DNA of 62,498 bases from the NCBI GenBank assembly GCA_964631265.1, contig CAZVWW010000002.1, forward strand, positions 1 through 62,498, given 5' to 3'. This stretch comes from an uncultured Thermotogaceae bacterium (GTDB lineage: Bacteria > Thermotogota > Thermotogae > MWEM01). Positions 1-7,972 of this stretch are shown here, piece after piece. The position numbers and the translations under genes were made by a program. The notes beneath the pieces are model-generated. The model saw nothing but the letters and a program-made list of their open reading frames with translations, was not told the DNA's origin and searched no databases. Within the stretch, counting starts at the first letter, position 1. Each line of letters begins with the position of its first letter.

Positions 1-87
1 TCGCAGAAATACGGGTTGTACCGCCAGAAATATTGCGGATGCCTCCATTCAATCAGAAACGGGGCCAAAAAAGAGAGGTTGAAATAG
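1..87 (+). CDS. queH: C-terminal fragment of a QueH-like (DUF208) epoxyqueuosine reductase; 5' end lies outside the window
   Basis: Frame 1 is open from base 1 to TAG at 85-87 and reads SQKYGLYRQKYCGCLHSIRNGAKKERLK. I recall the YRQ-YCGC motif as the conserved C-terminal Cys motif of DUF208/QueH. It is absent from the ORF track because it has no start in the window. Confidence 0.5.
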   Translation, partial: SQKYGLYRQKYCGCLHSIRNGAKKERLK

Positions 88-88
88 A

Positions 89-976
89 TTGAGCAGGATC
101 TACCGGGATGAGATCACGCTCCATGTTCCGCTTGATCTTAACAACACGTTGAACTGCGGGCAGACGTTCAGATGGAACAAAATAAACGGAGAATGGCACG
201 GGGTCGTCAACAGACAGCCCGTTGTCCTTATTCCAAAGGATGAGAACAGGACGATAACAATAAAATCGATATCTCCTGAATTCCGGCAACAGGAGCTGGC
301 CGAAGGCGTTAAGGAATATCTCGGTTTGAACGACTCGCTGGGGGCCATCAAGGCTTCCGGAATGAACGCATTAAAGAGGGGATATGAGCATTTTGTCAAA
401 GAATACGACAAGATAGTCGATCCCGACACCGGCATAAGGCTGCTGCGTCAGGATCCCTGGGAGATGGTTGTGGAGTATCTCCTGTCAACGCAGATGAATA
501 TCACAACGATCAAGAAGCGGATAGAATCGCTTTGCAGTCTTTTTAAAGACAACAAGGTCTCGATGGATTACAACGATTATTATCTCTTTCCCACGAGAGA
601 ACAGCTCGCCGGTATAAAAGAGGAAGACTACAGAAAGCTCCGTTTCGGATACCGGTCAAAGTGGTTGAGACAGCTGGTGGAAGAGATGGATATCAATCAA
701 CTGTACCAGTTGAAGAACCAGAAACTTGAGAAGAAACTCAGGTTTTTAACGGCATTTCCCGGAATCGGGTTCAAAGTTGCCAACTGTGTTGCCCTCTTCG
801 GTCTTGAGGATTTCAGGGCTTTTCCAGTGGATGTCTGGATTTCAAGGTTTATGGAAGAGTTCTTTTCAAAGTCCGGGAATTCGGAGAAACTGATGGTTGA
901 GGGACAGCGGATTTTCGGAGATTACTGTGGTTACATACAGGAGTATATCTTTTATTATATACGAAACCGTGTTTAG
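89..976 (+). CDS. ogg: 8-oxoguanine DNA glycosylase / DNA lyase (Ogg family, HhH-GPD)
   Basis: TTG start. N-terminal CGQTFRW motif typical of the OGG N-domain. Helix-hairpin-helix LTAFPGIGFKVANCVALFGL is followed by catalytic-Asp context FPVDVW. Confidence 0.8.
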   Translation: MSRIYRDEITLHVPLDLNNTLNCGQTFRWNKINGEWHGVVNRQPVVLIPKDENRTITIKSISPEFRQQELAEGVKEYLGLNDSLGAIKASGMNALKRGYEHFVKEYDKIVDPDTGIRLLRQDPWEMVVEYLLSTQMNITTIKKRIESLCSLFKDNKVSMDYNDYYLFPTREQLAGIKEEDYRKLRFGYRSKWLRQLVEEMDINQLYQLKNQKLEKKLRFLTAFPGIGFKVANCVALFGLEDFRAFPVDVWISRFMEEFFSKSGNSEKLMVEGQRIFGDYCGYIQEYIFYYIRNRV

Positions 977-979
977 CAA

Positions 980-1420
980 ATGGAGGGAACCATGGTTGTT
1001 GAACAATTTATCTTTGAGTTTGAAGCAAAAGTGGATAATATCAGGGTCGTTCGCTCGGCGATTAAGGTCTTTCTGAAGATGAAAAAGGCCTCGGATTCGG
1101 AGATCTTTGATACAGAACTGGCGATCAACGAAGCGGTTGCCAATGTGATCGAACACACCTACAATTACAGAGAAGATGAGGTTATCGTCATAAGGCTTTT
1201 TTGGAATCAGGAGGAACGATCCTGTGTTTTTGAGATACAGGATTATGGAGAGCCCGTTAAGCTTGAAAAGATTGCCTCACGCAATCTTGAAGATGTCAAA
1301 GAGCATGGCCTGGGGGTGTATCTCATCAAGAGCATTATGGATGAGATCAAGTTTAAAAAGGCGGATAAGGGGAATCTGCTCCATTTGAAAAAGCATTTTC
1401 AGGAGAAAAAGAATGCCTGA
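980..1420 (+). CDS. Single-domain HATPase, anti-sigma-factor-like Ser/Thr kinase (RsbW/SpoIIAB-like)
   Basis: 146 aa. N-box INEAVANVIEH and G-box HGLGVYLIKSIMDE. Starts 3 nt after the ogg stop, and its stop overlaps the trmFO start. Confidence 0.75.
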   Translation: MEGTMVVEQFIFEFEAKVDNIRVVRSAIKVFLKMKKASDSEIFDTELAINEAVANVIEHTYNYREDEVIVIRLFWNQEERSCVFEIQDYGEPVKLEKIASRNLEDVKEHGLGVYLIKSIMDEIKFKKADKGNLLHLKKHFQEKKNA

Positions 1421-2777
1421 ACGGATCCATATCATCGGCGGAGGACTCGCCGGTTCTGAATGTGCCTTTTATTTATCGGAAAGAGGGTTCCCCTGCACAT
1501 TATATGAGATGAGACCCGGGAAGGACACCCCTGTCCACAAGACATCCCTTTTGGCAGAGCTCGTTTGCTCCAATTCCTTGAAATCCGAGGCGATTACAAC
1601 TGCCTCAGGTCTCTTGAAAGAGGAACTCAGACTCCTTGGTTCTAGGCTTCTGGAAATCGCCGATAACACCCGTATAGAAGCGGGAAACGCCCTGGCAGTA
1701 GACAGAGAGCGCTTTGCACAAAAAGTGACTGAAGCGTTGCAGAAGCGGGTTGATGTTGTCCGACAAGAGATCACTTCTTTCGAAACCATCGAAAAAGACG
1801 CAGAGAGAACGGTTGTCGCAACGGGACCGCTGACCTCAGGGGCGTTGATGCACGCGATTAAAGAGACGCTGGAGACAGACGATCTCTACTTTTTTGATGC
1901 CGTGGCTCCGATAGTCGATACCGACTCGATTGATATGGGAAAGGCCTTTCTGGCCGACCGATACGAACAGGAGACTGAAACAGGAGAGCTGAAAACGGGA
2001 AGTTATATCAACTGCCCCATGAACCAGGAGGAATACCGTCGCTTTCGCAACGCTCTGATCGAGGCCGAGACGATAGAGGAGAAGGCCTTTGAGAAGAAGA
2101 AACTCTTTGAAAGATGCCAGCCCATCGAGGAGATCGCAAAAAACGGCGAGGATGCGATGCGGTTCGGCCCGCTGAAGCCGGTGGGATTGATTAACCCCCA
2201 CACCTCAGAGCGGCCCTATGCTGTTGTCCAGTTGAGGAAAGAGGATCTTGAGGGGCGTATGTACAATATCGTCGGATTTCAGACCCGGTTGAAGTGGGGG
2301 GAGCAGAAACGGATCATCCGATTAATCCCGGGGCTGGGAAGCGCTGAGATCTTGCGATACGGCGTGATGCACAAAAACACCTATATCAACAGCCCGAAAC
2401 TGCTCGACAGCCGTTTCAGAGTCAAGGGGTGCGAGCATATCACCTTTGCCGGACAGATCACGGGCGTTGAAGGCTATATGGAGAGCGTTGCCTCCGGGCT
2501 CTATGCCGGCATCAACATCGCCAGAGAGCTTGAAGGCAAAAACCCCATCAACCTGCCCCGGACCAGCATACTGCGCGGACTCTTTGATTATTGTACAACG
2601 GCTGAGAAGCTTCATCCGATGTATGCGAACTTCGGCCTCATTAACAACGACGAGCTCGGTATAAAGGCCGAATTGAAGAAGATCCGGGGGAAGATGAAAA
2701 AGAAACGGAAGCGAAAGCTCATCGCTGAGAAGAGCCTGGAGAACTTTAAGAACTGGCTGGAAGCAACCGATTTTTAA
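1413..2777 (+). CDS. trmFO: Methylenetetrahydrofolate--tRNA-(uracil54-C5)-methyltransferase TrmFO (Gid)
   Basis: FAD-binding IIGGGLAGSECAF at the N-terminus. Full-length Gid/TrmFO-like sequence with a Lys-rich C-terminal tail KKIRGKMKKKRKRK. Confidence 0.93.
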   Translation: MPERIHIIGGGLAGSECAFYLSERGFPCTLYEMRPGKDTPVHKTSLLAELVCSNSLKSEAITTASGLLKEELRLLGSRLLEIADNTRIEAGNALAVDRERFAQKVTEALQKRVDVVRQEITSFETIEKDAERTVVATGPLTSGALMHAIKETLETDDLYFFDAVAPIVDTDSIDMGKAFLADRYEQETETGELKTGSYINCPMNQEEYRRFRNALIEAETIEEKAFEKKKLFERCQPIEEIAKNGEDAMRFGPLKPVGLINPHTSERPYAVVQLRKEDLEGRMYNIVGFQTRLKWGEQKRIIRLIPGLGSAEILRYGVMHKNTYINSPKLLDSRFRVKGCEHITFAGQITGVEGYMESVASGLYAGINIARELEGKNPINLPRTSILRGLFDYCTTAEKLHPMYANFGLINNDELGIKAELKKIRGKMKKKRKRKLIAEKSLENFKNWLEATDF

Positions 2778-2822
2778 AATAGTACTCGGGAAAAATCCGC
2801 TGATCGAACAGGAGTGAAATGA

Positions 2823-3524
2823 ATGGCAGAAACAATTGACAAAAAACAATACAGCATTCTGGATAAAGGCTTTGTTGAGCTGGTCGATATGATGGGCGGT
2901 GACAAAAGAGCTGTGCAGGCCGCAAGGGTCTCTTTTCAAAAGGGGCTGAAGTCAGAAAAGAAAGACAGAAAACTCATTGCGTATCTCATGGAAAACGGAC
3001 ACGAATCCCCGTTTGAGCACATCGTCTTCACCTTCCGGGTCAAAGCGCCGATGTTCATTGCCCGGCAGTGGTTCAGACACCGGATTTCCAGTTTCAACGA
3101 GATATCGGGCCGCTACTCGGTGATCAAGCATGAGTTTTATATCCCCGAAGAACTGAGAGTTCAGGATCAAGTGAACAAACAGGGTAGTCAGACGGATTCA
3201 GAGAGAGAGCTCGAACCGGAGAGCCTGCAACTATTACAACAACAAACAGAAGATGCATACAAGACCTATCATCGACTGCTGGAAGACGGTGTGGCAAAGG
3301 AGATGGCCAGAATGGTCCTGCCCGTCAACATCTACACCCAATGGTACTGGACAATCAACGCGAGGAGCCTCATGAACTTCATTAATCTCCGCGCAGATTC
3401 GCATGCCCAGTGGGAGATTCAGCAATACGCAAGGAGAATTGCCGGAATCTTTGAGCAGACCTGTCCCGCCACATACAAGGCATTTCTCGAATACCGTTAT
3501 ACCGGTGATCTTCTGGGGGAGTGA
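2823..3524 (+). CDS. thyX: Flavin-dependent thymidylate synthase ThyX
   Basis: ThyX signature [17 protein letters not shown] (RHRxxS motif). 233 aa, with RBS AGGAGTG upstream. Confidence 0.95.
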   Translation: MAETIDKKQYSILDKGFVELVDMMGGDKRAVQAARVSFQKGLKSEKKDRKLIAYLMENGHESPFEHIVFTFRVKAPMFIARQWFRHRISSFNEISGRYSVIKHEFYIPEELRVQDQVNKQGSQTDSERELEPESLQLLQQQTEDAYKTYHRLLEDGVAKEMARMVLPVNIYTQWYWTINARSLMNFINLRADSHAQWEIQQYARRIAGIFEQTCPATYKAFLEYRYTGDLLGE

Positions 3525-3540
3525 CAGTATATGATAACGA

Positions 3541-3570
3541 TTGACAGAAAGAATAAAAGTCCTTTATAAA
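3541..3570 (+). promoter_or_regulatory. Candidate sigma-70 promoter TTGACA-N18-TATAAA upstream of the DRTGG gene
   Basis: TTGACA at 3541-3546 and TATAAA at 3565-3570. Caveat: the predicted TSS would fall at or inside the GGGAGAG RBS (3571-3577), so either the site or the spacing is doubtful. Confidence 0.35.
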
Positions 3571-3584
3571 GGGAGAGTGATTTG

Positions 3585-3938
3585 ATGAAATTAGCAGAGG
3601 TGGCAGAATTACTCGAAGCAAAGATACTGGTGGGCGAAGAGAAGAAGAACGATCTGGATATTGAAAGAGCGGGGGCGGCGGATATGATGAGCGATGTGCT
3701 GGCATTCGCAAAACCCGGCATGCTGCTCATAACAGGGCTAAATACCGCCCAGGTTGTCCGGACGGCGAGCATTGTCAGTATATCGGCACTGGTCATTGTC
3801 CGCAAAAAACAGGTCCCCGATGCGACAATCGAGGCTGCAAAACTCTTCGGTATCCCGCTGCTTCACTCACCAGTAGCAATGTACTCTGCATGCGGCATAC
3901 TATATGAGAAAAAGATGAAGAGTATCAACACACTTTAA
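3585..3938 (+). CDS. DRTGG-domain protein
   Basis: Small protein of ~117 aa with GAADMMSDVLAF...LLITGL. This resembles the stand-alone DRTGG proteins usually found beside HATPase/CBS regulators. ATG at 3585 is preferred over TTG at 3582 (RBS GGGAGAG 7 nt upstream). Confidence 0.7.
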   Translation: MKLAEVAELLEAKILVGEEKKNDLDIERAGAADMMSDVLAFAKPGMLLITGLNTAQVVRTASIVSISALVIVRKKQVPDATIEAAKLFGIPLLHSPVAMYSACGILYEKKMKSINTL

Positions 3939-3958
3939 AAAACCGGGAGATGATGTAG

Positions 3959-4912
3959 ATGAAAGCCACAATCGATGGTCTTATCGATCAGATGCAACTG
4001 TTGTTTAAAGATTTAATTGCTGAGGATATCATGATACGCAACGTGATCTCAATATCTTCCGGCAGAACGATGGAACAGGCGAAAGAGTTGATGAGACTGA
4101 AGAAGATCTCGGGTCTCCCTGTTATCGATGATGGAAAACTGGTCGGTCTTGTCAGTATCGAGGATATCATCAAGAGCCTTGAAAACAACACGATTGCACA
4201 GCCTGTTTCGGAATTCATGAGCACCAATCTCCGGACGGTCTCGCCCGACGCCAAACTGCCGAAGGTCTTCGAACAGTTCACCCGATACGGGTACGGCCGT
4301 TTTCCCGTGGTTGACAAGGACAACCTGTTGATCGGCATCATCACCAAAGAGGATATCCTGAGGGGAATACTCGAGAAGTTCAGAGTTCTTTATGTTCGCG
4401 ACAAACGGCGCTCGGATGTGCTCGACGGGGATAAACTCAATCGGTCTCTGATAACCGGTGAGGAGATCAACAAATCAGGGGCGGATTTTGTCTTTCCAGT
4501 TGATTACGTCGATGTCAGTCTCTCCGGTGTCGGGGCGGCAAGGCTAAAGGATTTCCTGCTGAAAAAAGATGTGAACGAGGATATTGCCAGAAAGATAGCG
4601 ATCGCCACCTATGAAGCTGAAACAAATGTGGTCATCCACAGCTCGAGTTCGGGAACGATCTACTGTTTCCTCTACCCGGACTCCATCCGGGTGAGGGTTG
4701 AAGATCACGGCAAGGGAATATCGGATGTGCAGATGGCGATGGAAGAGGGATTTTCGACGGCGACCGACCAGATCAGAGAGATGGGCTTCGGGGCCGGAAT
4801 GGGGTTGCCCAATATGCATCGGTATTCGGACAAGATGGTGATTGTCTCCGAGGCTGAGAAAGGCGTGATCGTCGAGATGCAGTTCTTTCTGAAAAAAGAG
4901 GATGACCGTTGA
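3959..4912 (+). CDS. CBS-pair domain fused to an HATPase (anti-sigma-factor-like kinase) domain
   Basis: N-terminal tandem CBS motifs (GLPVIDDGKLVGLVSIEDI and RFPVVDKDNLLIGIITKEDI). C-terminal HATPase has YEAETNVVIHS and GFGAGMGLPNM boxes. Confidence 0.8.
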   Translation: MKATIDGLIDQMQLLFKDLIAEDIMIRNVISISSGRTMEQAKELMRLKKISGLPVIDDGKLVGLVSIEDIIKSLENNTIAQPVSEFMSTNLRTVSPDAKLPKVFEQFTRYGYGRFPVVDKDNLLIGIITKEDILRGILEKFRVLYVRDKRRSDVLDGDKLNRSLITGEEINKSGADFVFPVDYVDVSLSGVGAARLKDFLLKKDVNEDIARKIAIATYEAETNVVIHSSSSGTIYCFLYPDSIRVRVEDHGKGISDVQMAMEEGFSTATDQIREMGFGAGMGLPNMHRYSDKMVIVSEAEKGVIVEMQFFLKKEDDR

Positions 4913-5502
4913 TGATGGATGAGCAGATACTGGTGATACCCGAACAGGCTTTGATGGAACTTATTGACAATAAAAGAGGGCTGATAAGCGTCAATAAAGA
5001 GAAGGCCTTCAAGGTGATACAAGAGAGAGGATGCTTCAAACCGAGGACTGAGATGGAAACGAATCCCGGTTATAAGCAGGTGATCCCCTATATTCTGATG
5101 AAGGATTCAAAGGGGAAAGTCCTGGTCTTGAAAAGGCTGACGACCCAGAGCGAAAAGAGACTGCACAACAAACTGAGTCTCGGTATTGGGGGGCATGTGA
5201 ATTCAACCGACAGTGAAATACCCGTTGAAGCGCTGAAAGAGGGGATGAAACGTGAAATTCAGGAAGAGGTGAATGTCACACTTCTCGAGACTCCCCGATT
5301 TCAAGGGATCATATATGATGATACCACCCCGGTCGGCAAAGTCCATATGGGACATGCCTATTCAGTGACAGTGGATTTCTTCGGGCTCAACGAGCCGGAT
5401 AAATTCGCCTGTTCCTGGGAGGAACCCTCGCAGTTGAAGCCCCTTGTGAAAGACATGGAGAACTGGTCCGGTTTCCTTGTGGACAAACTCTACAGGGACT
5501 GA
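4912..5502 (+). CDS. Nudix-family hydrolase, YmaB/COG4112-like
   Basis: Nudix-box-like GIGGHVN...EGMKREIQEEVNV, with an N-terminal region resembling YmaB-type proteins. The ATG overlaps the upstream stop (TGATG). Confidence 0.6.
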   Translation: MMDEQILVIPEQALMELIDNKRGLISVNKEKAFKVIQERGCFKPRTEMETNPGYKQVIPYILMKDSKGKVLVLKRLTTQSEKRLHNKLSLGIGGHVNSTDSEIPVEALKEGMKREIQEEVNVTLLETPRFQGIIYDDTTPVGKVHMGHAYSVTVDFFGLNEPDKFACSWEEPSQLKPLVKDMENWSGFLVDKLYRD

Positions 5503-5609
5503 AGATAAGAACGGCTGTGAACTTTAGTTGTGCTTGAAGGAAAGAGAGCCGCCATTAGATTTTTCGTGATACCACAGTATAATTATGAGTCATAAAGAAC
5601 GGTGATGAT

Positions 5610-6161
5610 ATGAAAACAGGTATGAAAAAGACCTTATTGATAACGATGCTGTTGATTGCGGGTTTATTGGTCCTGACAGGATGCGGTGATATCCCTGAAG
5701 ACGATGATTTTCCCGTTTCAAGGTTGATCGAGTTCAGATTGAACGGGTTTGAAAAGTCCGAATATGCCTTTACCACTCCGGGAATCTTGCTCGACAACGA
5801 CAGTCTGGAGGGGAATATCGTATCGATACAGTACGCAGATGAAAGGGAAAACGCTCCCGAGAACAGAACCGCGAGAATCGTTGCCGCCAAGACGGATTCC
5901 GTTTTAACAAGTTACCGTGTTTGGCGTCACTATGCCAGGGAGAACGATGCCGGCATGAAATCTCTGTTAACATCTTTTCCTTTGTACGGAGGAACCTATG
6001 AGATTTCAGAGAAGGGACGTTTTCTTGAGTCCTGGTTCAAATCCGACTGGGTTTTTCTTCTCGAAAGTGGTGATGAAACCGTTCTTGAACAGATGAAGAC
6101 GCAGATTGAACGGTTTTTCAAAAGGGAGAAATATGTCAACGAGAGTGTGATCGAGATTTGA
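5610..6161 (+). CDS. Lipoprotein of unknown function
   Basis: Signal peptide with lipobox LLVLTGC. No recognisable catalytic motif. Confidence 0.65.
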   Translation: MKTGMKKTLLITMLLIAGLLVLTGCGDIPEDDDFPVSRLIEFRLNGFEKSEYAFTTPGILLDNDSLEGNIVSIQYADERENAPENRTARIVAAKTDSVLTSYRVWRHYARENDAGMKSLLTSFPLYGGTYEISEKGRFLESWFKSDWVFLLESGDETVLEQMKTQIERFFKREKYVNESVIEI

Positions 6162-7078
6162 AACGTTACAACGCGCTCAGTACCTATTGGAAGAACCGGT
6201 ATAAAAAACGGGTACAGAGGCTTCCCGTCTCTGCCGGACTGGGTTGTCCAAACAGAAAGGGAGGCGAAGAACCATCCGGGTGCATATTCTGTGATCCAAC
6301 GGGGAGCGGTTTTGCTGCTGTTGAACCGGATGTTGATTATGAAGAACAGATCCGGGAAATGATTAACCGGACTCAGAACCGTTACGGCAAAGATATCCTC
6401 TTTGCAGTCTATCTTCAATCGTACACCAATACATACGGCAGTGTTGAAAAACTCAGGAGCATCTATGACAGACTCTTCGTCGATCCGAGAATCGTCATCT
6501 TTGATATCGCCACCCGGCCGGACTGTGTTGAGGAGGAGAAACTCGACCTCATCACATCATACAGCACCAGAGCTGACCTGTTGGTTGAACTCGGTCTTCA
6601 GTCAACGAAGAGGTCAACACTGGTCGATCTGAACCGGGGCCACACACTGGCCGATTTCATCGATGCTGTTATAAGAACGCGTAAAAGGGGAATAGAAGTG
6701 GTTGCCCATATGATAACGGATCTCCCGCAGGATTCGAAGGACGACCTTGTTGAATCGGCCCGCATATTGAGCGCACTGGGAGTGGAGGGGGTTAAACTTC
6801 ATTCTCTGTATGTTGTAGAAGGCACAGAGCTCGATAGACGGATTCAAGAGGGGCGTTATGAACGACTCGGGTTAAAGGATTTTGTGGAAAGAACTGTGCT
6901 CTTTCTCGAGCATCTCGACCCGTCGATTGTCATCCAGCGGCTGGTCTCAGACCCGCCCCATGAAGGGGCATACGGCAATTGGGGATTGCCCAAGATCCGG
7001 ATCATCCAGGCGATCGAGCAGGCAATGAAGGACAAAGACACGTATCAGGGGAAGCATTTTGACTATCTTGGAAGATGA
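6158..7078 (+). CDS. Radical SAM protein, TIGR01212/YhcC-like family
   Basis: TTG start overlapping the upstream stop by 4 nt. N-terminal GLGCPNRKGG...GCIFCD cluster motif typical of this family, then an elongator/HemN-like TIM-barrel remainder. Confidence 0.8.
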   Translation: MKRYNALSTYWKNRYKKRVQRLPVSAGLGCPNRKGGEEPSGCIFCDPTGSGFAAVEPDVDYEEQIREMINRTQNRYGKDILFAVYLQSYTNTYGSVEKLRSIYDRLFVDPRIVIFDIATRPDCVEEEKLDLITSYSTRADLLVELGLQSTKRSTLVDLNRGHTLADFIDAVIRTRKRGIEVVAHMITDLPQDSKDDLVESARILSALGVEGVKLHSLYVVEGTELDRRIQEGRYERLGLKDFVERTVLFLEHLDPSIVIQRLVSDPPHEGAYGNWGLPKIRIIQAIEQAMKDKDTYQGKHFDYLGR

Positions 7079-7955
7079 ACCGCTTTCATTGCATTCTTCA
7101 TTTCAGATTGGGGGAAAGGTCACTGCTTTCATGATTCCCGATAATGAATCTGAATTAAAGAAATGTCTTCGAGAACTTTCGGGCGATAACCGGCAATACA
7201 AACTCATCGGAAAGGGTAGCAATATCCTCTTTCCCGATGATCCATTATTTGACACGGTTGTTAGCACCGGCGGCCTGGTTGCATACGCAATTGCAAAGGG
7301 GGAAGGAGACGAGACCTTTATCACGGCAAGTAGCGGTGCCGCATTAAGCGAGCTGGCCGGCTTTGCCGCAAAAAGCGGTTTGACCGGACTTGAGTTCGCC
7401 GGGGGGATTCCGGGAAGTCTCGGTGGAGCGCTGCGGATGAATGCCGGGGCTTATGGGGGAGAGATGGCGAATATTGTTGAGACGATCAACGCCTACGACC
7501 CGCTCACCGATAAGGTTTATCATCTGAGTAATGCGGAATGTCGTTTTGCCTACCGGAAGAGCCTCTTCGTCTTCTCTGAAGCCGTTTCAGAAAGCCCCTT
7601 GATCATCCTCTCGGCACGACTAAAGCTGACAAGCGATGAACCGGAAAAGATAAGGCAACGAACCGCTGACTTACTAAAAAGACGGAAGAAGAGCCAGCCC
7701 CTTGACTATCCGAGTGCGGGAAGTGTCTTTAAAAAGCCCGGGGCCGATATTCATCCCGCCGCAATCATTGATCGGCTCGGATTAAAAGGTTGTTGCGTGG
7801 GGGATGCCTGTGTGTCGGAAAAACATGCGGGATTTATCATCAACAAGGGCAACGCCACCGCAGAGGATGTAGAGGCACTGATCGGGATAATAAAGGCCCG
7901 GGTCTTGAAAGAAGCAGGAATCGAACTAAACACCGAGATAGAAATCATCCGATAA
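7059..7955 (+). CDS. murB: UDP-N-acetylenolpyruvoylglucosamine reductase MurB
   Basis: FAD-binding and MurB C-terminal motifs (SFQIGG, GKGSNILF, PSAGSVFKKP, HAGFIIN). TTG start 20 nt inside the upstream gene. Confidence 0.9.
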   Translation: MTILEDEPLSLHSSFQIGGKVTAFMIPDNESELKKCLRELSGDNRQYKLIGKGSNILFPDDPLFDTVVSTGGLVAYAIAKGEGDETFITASSGAALSELAGFAAKSGLTGLEFAGGIPGSLGGALRMNAGAYGGEMANIVETINAYDPLTDKVYHLSNAECRFAYRKSLFVFSEAVSESPLIILSARLKLTSDEPEKIRQRTADLLKRRKKSQPLDYPSAGSVFKKPGADIHPAAIIDRLGLKGCCVGDACVSEKHAGFIINKGNATAEDVEALIGIIKARVLKEAGIELNTEIEIIR

Positions 7956-7972
7956 CAATGGAGGGATAGCGA

